Part shown: positions 11,111-19,206 of the stretch, piece after piece
How the letters are laid out: every line of letters starts with the position of its first letter
How positions within the stretch are numbered: position 1 is the stretch's first letter
DNA from: Methanomicrobiales archaeon
GTDB taxonomy: Archaea; Halobacteriota; Methanomicrobia; Methanomicrobiales; Methanospirillaceae
Assembly: GCA_037137755.1 (NCBI GenBank)
Contig: JBAXJR010000002.1
Coordinates: 96,001-160,000 of the forward strand
Length of the DNA stretch: 64,000 nucleotides
Direction of reading: 5' to 3'
Position numbers and translations under genes: made by a program
The notes under the pieces: model-generated
Database searches by the model: none
What the model was told of the DNA's origin: nothing
What the model saw: the letters and a program-made list of their open reading frames with translations, nothing else

Positions 11111-11602
11111 TTATTCCCGGATTGATTCATTTGCCATGTTGAGATAATGGTTACTTCTTTGAAATAATGTGTTTCCCTGTTCCAAATAAGTCAGGGCCGT
11201 TGTATAATCTTCAGACCGGGCAGCAGCAGCACTCTTTGAAAAGTAATCGCCGGCAGTTTGTACATCGAGTAATCCCAGGAGATAATTTGTTTTCCATGCC
11301 TGGTATTTTGGGGATACATTGAGGTCCCTCATCTGGAAGTAATACTGACCTGCCAGGGAACTAAGCCTGGCAGAATCGGCTCCTAATGATGCAATATCCT
11401 TTCCGGACGCATCTTCTGAAACTTTTGATAGTGCCGGCCCTAATGCCTTCCCCGACTCCGCGCCGATGGATAACAATTCTGCATCCTGGTATGGAGGTGG
11501 AACCGCTGAGGGTGTAGTTGCAACACATCCTGCAAATATAGCCGTGACTATGATTATTAGGACCAGAACCGCACCCGGCAAATGAAAAGATGGGCATTTC
11601 AT
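11111..11602 (-). CDS. Putative helical lipoprotein
   Basis: Hydrophobic signal with IFAGC lipobox and a helical-looking body. Start trimmed. Confidence 0.75.
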   Translation of the reverse strand: MKCPSFHLPGAVLVLIIIVTAIFAGCVATTPSAVPPPYQDAELLSIGAESGKALGPALSKVSEDASGKDIASLGADSARLSSLAGQYYFQMRDLNVSPKYQAWKTNYLLGLLDVQTAGDYFSKSAAAARSEDYTTALTYLEQGNTLFQRSNHYLNMANESIRE

Positions 11603-11746
11603 ATACATTGCATAACAGGGATTAGACGATAAACCCGCCTGTCTGGTACCCATGTACTCCGAAAGACACGGCCACATACCGTTATTACAATATTCTAAAA
11701 GTATACAAACTCAGAAGTCAATTCTGGTGCAGGTGTACCCCCTCAA

Positions 11747-11878
11747 ATGGCTGAATATGCAAGCAACAGGGAAAAATGGTTAATCATTCTCCTGGTGATA
11801 ATTGTGGTGGCAGGTATTGTATTATCAGTTATAATGTATGGACCACACTGGATTAAGGGAATTTCCGCTTTTATTTGA
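11747..11878 (+). CDS. Small single-TM protein (43 aa)
   Basis: Below the track cutoff: MAEYASNREKWLIILLVIIVVAGIVLSVIMYGPHWIKGISAFI*, with GGTG SD-like sequence upstream. Confidence 0.55.
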   Translation: MAEYASNREKWLIILLVIIVVAGIVLSVIMYGPHWIKGISAFI

Positions 11879-11982
11879 AATACCTAACCCGGGTAACATA
11901 GTCAAATTACCTTTTTGTAGCGGGGATGGCTGATAACAACCTCATACGGCAACAATGGCCATCTTTACGAAATAGTGCGAGT

Positions 11983-12378
11983 TCACACCTCATACACCGG
12001 CACAGCACGGACATTGTAATCTTTTATGCACTCTCCATCGAGCTCAACCGCAACTGTCGTGGATGCCCCGGGTGCAAGAGTCCCGATATAGATATCCCGT
12101 GAATCCCTGACAGCATTGTCGTTGATATGGACGAGCATGACCCCGAGTCTCACATTTTTCGCAGGTGTTGAGCCCGTATTAAAGACCTGGTATGAAACGG
12201 TGTAATAGCAGCCCCGCGTAATCCCCCAGTCTTCGGACTGCTTAAGAAGGGTCGCCTGAACCTGGGATGTCTGGCCGCCCTGGTCATATGTCCCGACACT
12301 GCCTAGTGAGGAACACCCGGCAACCATGATAGAAGTACTAATGAATAGTAATAGAAGTGCCAACCCGGCGGGTTTCAT
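11983..12378 (-). CDS. Lipoprotein with Ig-like (CARDB/FxLYD-like) domain
   Basis: VAGC lipobox and VFNTGSTPAKNV...IGTLAPGAS pattern. Confidence 0.75.
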   Translation of the reverse strand: MKPAGLALLLLFISTSIMVAGCSSLGSVGTYDQGGQTSQVQATLLKQSEDWGITRGCYYTVSYQVFNTGSTPAKNVRLGVMLVHINDNAVRDSRDIYIGTLAPGASTTVAVELDGECIKDYNVRAVPVYEV

Positions 12379-12628
12379 CCGTTTTCACCTTACCTGTATG
12401 TTGTATGGTATGTCCCATCAATGTCACTACCTGGATCTCCATTACGGTTCAAGTCATGGGATAAGGAGAATACCTTTGGCCAATACCTCCTCCCGAGAAA
12501 CCTCTGGATCTGGCCTGCCCGTCCCAGGGAGACATTAATGGTGACTGGTATGGCGATCCAGGTGACTGGTGTAGCAGGGATGTGCCCTCCCATACATTTA
12601 ATACTGGCAACGGTATGTATGTTGCTTC

Positions 12629-13066
12629 ATGAAGAGCATTTTTATAGTAATTCTCCTGATCGGCGCGTTTATGCTGTCTGCGGGATGTAACAGTCTCCCA
12701 GGGCAGCCAGTAGCGAAGAACACGTTAACGACGAGTCCGACAGATGCAGTCCCTATGGAAAGCGGGGTCACCGTCAGTGTAGCGGAAAAGGACCCCATTT
12801 ACAAGACACTTGATGTGACATTTGCCGGGGGGAACGGGCAGGTCCAGGTGAAGGACATTGAAGTATTGTTCACGGGTGGAGACGGTACGAGCGGGACAAA
12901 GAAGTTAAACCCGGTAAAGGGTGAGGCCGTGACATTCCAGGGTTCGAATGAGACCGATAAAGTTGTCGTATATGTAACGTATTACAATGGAAACCGGTAC
13001 AAGGTCATCGACAAGCTTGTTGGGACACGGACCCGGGAACCAAGCTTTACACCCAGTGGTGCGTAG
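12629..13066 (+). CDS. Putative lipoprotein
   Basis: MKSIF...LSAGC lipobox, VTFAGGNGQ, beta-rich body. Confidence 0.8.
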   Translation: MKSIFIVILLIGAFMLSAGCNSLPGQPVAKNTLTTSPTDAVPMESGVTVSVAEKDPIYKTLDVTFAGGNGQVQVKDIEVLFTGGDGTSGTKKLNPVKGEAVTFQGSNETDKVVVYVTYYNGNRYKVIDKLVGTRTREPSFTPSGA

Positions 13067-13271
13067 TTCACCATCCGAAATGATACTTTTTTTTGGGTAA
13101 ATTCTCATCATCCCAACGTTGAAGATAGTCGTTATTTCCTTTGTATTAGTGCCAGTGTCTGATAACGTCGCATCAGGGGACAGAAAATGGACTTACCGGA
13201 TGAACCAGGGCTGCGGTTGTAAATCGTCCTCGCCAGAACCCAAAGGATCACTGGCACAACAAAAAAGGTAG

Positions 13272-13844
13272 TTATTCCAGTTTCTTCATCAGCCACGCCA
13301 TGTTCCGGCCAAGTGTCTTCATCGTTGCAAGCCCTTCCTTGTCCTTTTTCACATCACCGAGATCCAGGCCCATACCGATGTTCCAGTACGAGGAACCAGG
13401 AACTATCATCTGGCTGATAAGGAAGAAATGGTTCAGGGTATCAAATGTATGGATTGCGCCAGACCTACGGGCTGAAACTACCGCAGCGCCCACCTTTCGC
13501 TGGAACATGTGATCATTTGCCCGTGCCACGTATCCCGCACGGTCGATGAGGGCTTTCATCTCAGACGAAACATCCGTAAAATACGTAGGCGATGCGAGGA
13601 TGATCCCGTCCGCCTCAACCATTTTTCCGATGCACTCGTTGACGACATCGTTGTGGATCACGCATTGCTGGTCATGGTTCTTCTCACACTTTCCACAGGC
13701 AAGGCAGCCATGGACCTTTTTGCCCGCGAGCTGTACCAGCTCGGTCTCTATGTCCTCTTTTTTCAGCTCCTTAAACACTGTCCTGACCAGGATGGCTGTG
13801 TTGCCATCTTTTCTGGCACTTCCGTTGAATGCAACAACCTTCAT
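13272..13844 (-). CDS. Iron-sulfur flavoprotein (Isf)/flavodoxin family protein
   Basis: MKVVAFNGSARKDGNT, CLACGKC...C, ASPTYF, GSSYWN. True start 13844; the track's 5' extension overlaps the next gene. Confidence 0.92.
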   Translation of the reverse strand: MKVVAFNGSARKDGNTAILVRTVFKELKKEDIETELVQLAGKKVHGCLACGKCEKNHDQQCVIHNDVVNECIGKMVEADGIILASPTYFTDVSSEMKALIDRAGYVARANDHMFQRKVGAAVVSARRSGAIHTFDTLNHFFLISQMIVPGSSYWNIGMGLDLGDVKKDKEGLATMKTLGRNMAWLMKKLE

Positions 13845-14136
13845 GAGAATTCTCCGCTTGTTGCTATTACGTTCGGATCTTATAGAATGATCGCCTGGGT
13901 TTTTGTATCCGGTGGTCACGAATGGCCAGCCAGCCAGTCCTGCCAGGGGCCAGTCTCCGGTTTTCATAAAAAGGGAATGATTTGCTCCAGAAATTGCTCG
14001 TGCATTTTGTTCCATGGGGTGCATTGGTGGAAGAAGGCCGTAACCCGGAGTTTCGCATGAAGGTATTAATACGGGAATGCGCCAATGGTTGCCTGAAGGC
14101 ACCCTTTTAATACTGGTGCCGGGAGTTTGCAAAACT

Positions 14137-15636
14137 ATGCAGGAAATAATCAATAAAATGATCGCCGAGGCGATGACTGCCCAGCACGCTGACGTGAACC
14201 AGGTAAAAAAGAAACGTGGGCAGGATTTCGTAATTGACGATACCAGGGCGTATGTGGATGCCGTCAAGGGCATGAAACCTGCCGGTGGCCAGAGTAAGGC
14301 AGTCTTTGCACTGCATACCGATTCGGTCAACGCTCATTACACGATTTTGAAAAGCCTGACGACCACCATTCGTCCTGAGGACGACCCCTTCGTCGAGCAC
14401 TACCAGACACCGGTCATCCTAGAGATGCTGTATGATGCGGACCCGAAGTTCCGGAAGAGCGTGGACATATTTATCAAGGCCGTTGGCAAGGCTGAGGCCC
14501 TGATCGGCAGGGAATCGGCCCGCCGGTATGCAGGGTTCTACGGTCCCACCTGCGTGGTGGACTTTGCCCTGATCCCGGGCAGCAGCAGCAATATCGTCAA
14601 CCAGATACTCAAGACCATTGACCTCCCGGTTGCCCATAAACAGGCGATCCTCGCCTCAAAGTCATGGGGCATGAATACCTCGTATGGGTTCGGGGACGTT
14701 TTCGCCCATGCCGTTGAGGGCGGTGCGACGCTTGCAGACGCCGTGAAGCAGGAAGTTGCCATGATCCAGTCCATCTACGATACGCCCGTCGATGCACAGG
14801 CAAAACTCATGGACAGCGTGGGCCACTCCTCGTTTGACTGCCGGAAATACATGAAGGACTACCGGACGAAGATGCAGGGTGCGGTCAAAGCGTCAATTGA
14901 TGAAGGGGTACACTATGCGAACATCGTTACGGTGCCGGCGTACTGTGTCGGGGACATCGCCCATCACATCTCCCAGTCCACCTACAACATGTGCAAGGAC
15001 GACGTGATCATGGCGGTCATCGAAGCGGTGACTGAAGTGATGGACAAGACCCTGAAAGCGGCAGCACCGAAGATGAAAAATGAGCACGAAGTGCTGTCGG
15101 TCGCCACTGGTGCGTCGGCAAGTGCCGCGGAATATATCCTCGAACTCGACGGATTCAACGCGATCATGGTCGTGGACATGCTGACGAAACGTTACCATAA
15201 TTACGTCCAGCTCTACCCGAAACGGGGTGCAGCCATCGAGCTTCACAACTGCGATTTCATGGACATGATCTACCGCGGCTGGAAGATGGTGGACAAGGCA
15301 CGAAGGATGCAGAGCAGTGAACCGGGCCTCGTCAAACCAAAAGTTGGCGGGTTTGAAGTCGATCTCTCGCCAGTCCTGGAGAACGAGGTGCTCGCCAACC
15401 CGCAGCGGTACGCGTACCCTGCCTGTGCGATGACGGTCCGGTTCTCGGCGATGATGCGGCTTTCCGACTACCCTTGCCTGCTCACGAGCGAGCCGGTAAC
15501 CGCTACGTTAATGACGAATATTATCGCACTTCACAAGGAAGTCGCAGCCGCTCCGGCACGGATCTGCAAGGATTGTGCATCGGCTGCGCTGATGGATTTC
15601 CGGCACTGCTCCTGCCAGTGGAAGGAAGCGGTCTGA
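14137..15636 (+). CDS. DUF2193 family protein (Cys-rich C-terminus, probable Fe-S protein)
   Basis: PEDDPFVEHYQTP, FYGPTCVVDFAL, SKSWGMNTSYG, NPQRYAYPAC and C-terminal CKDC...RHCSCQWKEAV. Confidence 0.88.
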   Translation: MQEIINKMIAEAMTAQHADVNQVKKKRGQDFVIDDTRAYVDAVKGMKPAGGQSKAVFALHTDSVNAHYTILKSLTTTIRPEDDPFVEHYQTPVILEMLYDADPKFRKSVDIFIKAVGKAEALIGRESARRYAGFYGPTCVVDFALIPGSSSNIVNQILKTIDLPVAHKQAILASKSWGMNTSYGFGDVFAHAVEGGATLADAVKQEVAMIQSIYDTPVDAQAKLMDSVGHSSFDCRKYMKDYRTKMQGAVKASIDEGVHYANIVTVPAYCVGDIAHHISQSTYNMCKDDVIMAVIEAVTEVMDKTLKAAAPKMKNEHEVLSVATGASASAAEYILELDGFNAIMVVDMLTKRYHNYVQLYPKRGAAIELHNCDFMDMIYRGWKMVDKARRMQSSEPGLVKPKVGGFEVDLSPVLENEVLANPQRYAYPACAMTVRFSAMMRLSDYPCLLTSEPVTATLMTNIIALHKEVAAAPARICKDCASAALMDFRHCSCQWKEAV

Positions 15637-15665
15637 TCCCGGAACTGGGATGGTGGTGAAAAAGT

Positions 15666-15878
15666 ATGAAATGTTACGTGTGTGCAAAAGAGGGAAAGGA
15701 TAGTGATGCTGTTGCCGTATGTGTTGCCTGCGGTATGGCGACCTGCATGAAGCATACGATCAGGAAGGAAGTCGATGTATGGGAGGGTGGGTACCCGCTT
15801 CCTTCCAGGAAACTGCCAAAGAAGATGCCCCGGATGCTCTGTCCGGACTGCAATGCGGCGTACGGGGAGGGTACGTAA
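15666..15878 (+). CDS. DUF2180 family small Cys-rich zinc-finger protein
   Basis: MKCYVC...AVAVCVACGMATCMKH...LCPDC, with GGTGA SD upstream. Confidence 0.88.
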   Translation: MKCYVCAKEGKDSDAVAVCVACGMATCMKHTIRKEVDVWEGGYPLPSRKLPKKMPRMLCPDCNAAYGEGT

Positions 15879-16618
15879 TGGCGTCACTCAGCTCCCGCAG
15901 TATTGCAGAAGGCGTTGGTACAATGCTCCTCGTGTATTTCGGTGCAGGGGCCGCGGCAATCACGCTGATGCTTGCGAATGGGTTAAAACCGGCGACCAGT
16001 TTCAACATCGGGATTGGCATGCTTGGAGGGTTAGCCGACTGGTTTGCAATCGGGATATCATTTGGTATTGTCATTGCTGCAGTAATATACTCACTCGGCC
16101 GTGTTTCCGGGGCGCATATCAACCCGGCTGTGACTATTGCACTCTGGGTAACGAAACGTTTCCCTAGCGTTGACACCGCTGCGTACGTGGTTGCCCAGTG
16201 TATCGGCGCAGCATTCGGAAGCCTGCTGTTTTTCCTGACTATCGGTATGGCTGCAGTTACGATCGGGGGACTTGGGGCAACCACTCCGTTTCCCGGGATC
16301 GGGTATGGGCAGGCGATCCTTGTCGAGGCAATCGCGACGTTTGTGCTGATGCTGGTGATCATGGGTGTTGCGGTGGACAAGCAGGCCCCGCCAGGATTCG
16401 CAGGACTGATCATCGGTCTTACGGTGGCAGGGATGATCACGGCTACGGGGAACATCGCCGGGGCATCACTCAACCCGGCCAGGACATTCGGGCCGTACAT
16501 CATGGACTGGGCCCTGGGTGGTCTGAATCTCTGGTTTTTGTTCCCGATTTACATCATCGGACCGGTGATTGGCGCAGTGCTCGCGGCGGTCTTCTACGAC
16601 CGGATTACGGCAGAGTGA
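15878..16618 (+). CDS. MIP/aquaporin family channel (AqpM-like)
   Basis: Two NPA motifs (SGAHINPAVT, SLNPARTFGP). TAATG stop/start overlap with DUF2180. Confidence 0.95.
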   Translation: MASLSSRSIAEGVGTMLLVYFGAGAAAITLMLANGLKPATSFNIGIGMLGGLADWFAIGISFGIVIAAVIYSLGRVSGAHINPAVTIALWVTKRFPSVDTAAYVVAQCIGAAFGSLLFFLTIGMAAVTIGGLGATTPFPGIGYGQAILVEAIATFVLMLVIMGVAVDKQAPPGFAGLIIGLTVAGMITATGNIAGASLNPARTFGPYIMDWALGGLNLWFLFPIYIIGPVIGAVLAAVFYDRITAE

Positions 16619-16653
16619 GATTCCGGCTCTGCCTTCATTTTTTATAGAGCTGG

Positions 16654-16734
16654 CCGGATAAAGGAGCACAGTTTGAGATTACCGTGCCGAAATGGATGTG
16701 GCGCATCCCAGAAGCAGATAGAAGGAGGGAATGA
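16654..16734 (+). pseudogene. Orphan 3' remnant of a histidine kinase gene
   Basis: Translates PDKGAQFEITVPKWMWRIPEADRRRE*, matching the PGKGARFEITVP/LPKGMWR tails of intact kinases in the window. Confidence 0.7.
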
Positions 16735-16811
16735 TGGTAAAAAGGACCCCGCTCCGGGACATCAACGCGGCCGACAAGAGATCCGAGGCAGGGGGCTTTC
16801 CTCATTACCGT

Positions 16812-18881
16812 TTAATGTCCTTCCCTGGCTCCATCCCCGGAATACCTGTACATCCCGTTCGGCACCGTGACCTCAAACCGTGCACCCTTCCCCGGTTCAC
16901 CCGTTTCACGGATGGTGAGGCCGGTGATGGAAAGAATTTCCCGGGTAAAGAAGAGGCCCCGTACCATTGTCCCGGTGCCTTCACGATGCAAAAAGATCCG
17001 CTCTTTCTTCTCATGAGGGACACCGATCCCATCATCCTCAAAGAAGAGTACGACCCCTTCAGGAGTCGTCCGATGCCAGACCCGTATCTGGGTAACATTG
17101 CCCCCGTGGGCCAGGGAGTTCTCAAACAGTCCCTGGGACGCCTTCTCCAGCAATGGATCAGCAAAGATCTCGAGATTCTCCATTTCAATGCTGTGCAGGA
17201 CATTCCCCATTGACACATGGGAGAGACCGAACAGCAACGTCATCTTCACGTTCTGCCATGCCGGTGGTTTTGCCCCCAAATCCTGGTAATCCCTGGTAAA
17301 TTCCGCAATCTCGTTGATTGACCTTGCAGCCTGCTCGCATTTTTGTATGTTTACAATAATCCCTTCCTGTCCGCGGGCCTCCTGTATTGCAAGTTCAAGG
17401 TAACTATTCAGGACAAAGATCTCGTTCGTCAGCTCCCTTCTTGTCAGCTGGGAGAGCACATTGAGTTTCTGGTTGACTTTGAGGAGGGTGTCTTCGGCAA
17501 GCTTGCGATCGGTAATGTCCAGCGCTGTAAATGTCACACCAACAGACAGGTCAGACGGATCAACGGGTGACGATGAGAGGATGATATCTATTATTGTCCC
17601 GTCTTTCCTCTGCCAGCGGGTCCCGACTGAACCGGACCCTTTCTGTGTGATCTGGCCGTATTTCTCCCTGCCTACATATTCGAACTCCTCCTGTGACGCA
17701 TAGAGCAAAGCGGAGGAGTTACCAATGAGTTCTTCCGCGGTGTACCCGGTCATCTGGCAAATCCGGTCGTTGACTGTCCGGAAGACCCGGTTGGATACGA
17801 CCCCTATTCCAATCGGTGCGACACGGATGATGCTGCTGAGCTGGGATTCGCTCTCCTGCAGTGCGTCTACGGCCTTCTTCCTGTCGGTGATGTCGAGGAT
17901 AACGGTGAGCAGGCAGGGGGTACCAGCAACCTCAATCACTGTAGCGGAGAATAATCCGTCCAGCACTTCGTGGTCCTTCCGGGTGACTTTCACATCCAGG
18001 TCCCGCACCTGCCCGGTCGCTGCGAGCTGGCCCTGGATGACCTCCCACTGTGCAGGGTCAGGATACAGGCCGAGATCCGATAGCGTTCTCCCGATGACCT
18101 CTTCCCGGGAATAGCCCAGGGTCTTCAGGAACGATTGATTCACGTCAAGAAATCTGCCTTCTTCGATCGAAGATACTGCCATAAGTGCGGGATTTGTATG
18201 AAATGCACTGGAAAACTTGTCCTCTGAAGCTTTAAGACGCCGTTGCTCCCGGATATTGCGTCGCTGGGTGAGCCCAAACGTTACGACAAGTAGCAGGATG
18301 AGGAGGGTTGTCGTTACGATTGTCGCAGAATCCCGTGCAATGGTGTAATTCCAGTACCTGGCATCAACATCCGTCCCGTAGAGAGCGACGGACTGCCCCG
18401 TTTTCTTATCGGATACCGGAACTAACGCACTCATCCAGGTGCCCCAGCGGTCGGATACCGGACCCTCCGTCATCTCTGTCTGATCGGAAAATGCACTTAA
18501 GATAACGGGTGTTACCTCGTTATAGACCTGCCCGGGAGGTGAGTTTGCCCAGGAGCCTTCAGGTTCTGAGTCAACATAGAATATTATCCCTTCAGGACGC
18601 TGGCCAATCAGGTATGCAAACCGTATAGACGGATCTGCAGCACGAAGTCGTACCATCTGGGCTTTCAGTTGCTGGTAGTCTGTGGAACCGAGGTCGGACG
18701 GTGAACCATTTAATGACTCTATCATCGCAGGATCGATACTTTCTACTGCAATTCTCGTTTTTGTCAGCAGATCTTTCCGCATCTGCTGGTCCAGTTGTTG
18801 TGCAGTCCAGGCCGTAAGGACCACCCCGGCGATGATGATGATCACGGCGATTATCTGCCACCATCTGATATTCCGTGTCAT
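16812..18881 (-). CDS. Membrane sensor PAS kinase-like protein lacking the phospho-acceptor His
   Basis: Two TMs flanking an extracellular Cache-like region, two PAS, HATPase. H-box reads TRRELTN; G2 box degenerate. Confidence 0.9.
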   Translation of the reverse strand: MTRNIRWWQIIAVIIIIAGVVLTAWTAQQLDQQMRKDLLTKTRIAVESIDPAMIESLNGSPSDLGSTDYQQLKAQMVRLRAADPSIRFAYLIGQRPEGIIFYVDSEPEGSWANSPPGQVYNEVTPVILSAFSDQTEMTEGPVSDRWGTWMSALVPVSDKKTGQSVALYGTDVDARYWNYTIARDSATIVTTTLLILLLVVTFGLTQRRNIREQRRLKASEDKFSSAFHTNPALMAVSSIEEGRFLDVNQSFLKTLGYSREEVIGRTLSDLGLYPDPAQWEVIQGQLAATGQVRDLDVKVTRKDHEVLDGLFSATVIEVAGTPCLLTVILDITDRKKAVDALQESESQLSSIIRVAPIGIGVVSNRVFRTVNDRICQMTGYTAEELIGNSSALLYASQEEFEYVGREKYGQITQKGSGSVGTRWQRKDGTIIDIILSSSPVDPSDLSVGVTFTALDITDRKLAEDTLLKVNQKLNVLSQLTRRELTNEIFVLNSYLELAIQEARGQEGIIVNIQKCEQAARSINEIAEFTRDYQDLGAKPPAWQNVKMTLLFGLSHVSMGNVLHSIEMENLEIFADPLLEKASQGLFENSLAHGGNVTQIRVWHRTTPEGVVLFFEDDGIGVPHEKKERIFLHREGTGTMVRGLFFTREILSITGLTIRETGEPGKGARFEVTVPNGMYRYSGDGAREGH

Positions 18882-19206
18882 AGCATCCTGACCCCGCCGA
18901 TCATCGCCCGTCCGGAACCTGCCCGGGTGAAGGATAACATCGCTATCAGATACCTTCCACGACAGAAAGCCAGGTCTCTTTCGGCACCAATATTTCGAAC
19001 CGTACCCTCATCACCACGGTTAAAACGTCTCCAGGATAGTGAGGGTACATTCGTGTTCATAATGGAATGGATCATAAATGTTATACTATTAATAATGTGG
19101 GTGTGACTATCCCGGGAAGTCCCTGCATAGCCTTGTGAACTGTTTGCAGGTCCTCCTGAAAACGTGCTGTAAAAGATCGTCAGATGGGAAAAAGACGGTT
19201 GTGAAA

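Noticed and set aside
13149-13257. 9-bp inverted repeat GTGCCAGTG/CACTGGCAC as MITE ends, or a decayed kinase tail (TENG...G.R..IVL) inside it
   Set aside because: Too short, no target-site duplication, single copy, and the protein similarity needs several lesions.
13845-14330. 5' extensions in the ORF track (also 15719, 21624, 43854, 52403)
   Set aside because: They overlap neighbouring genes or promoters, and family homology begins at downstream ATGs.
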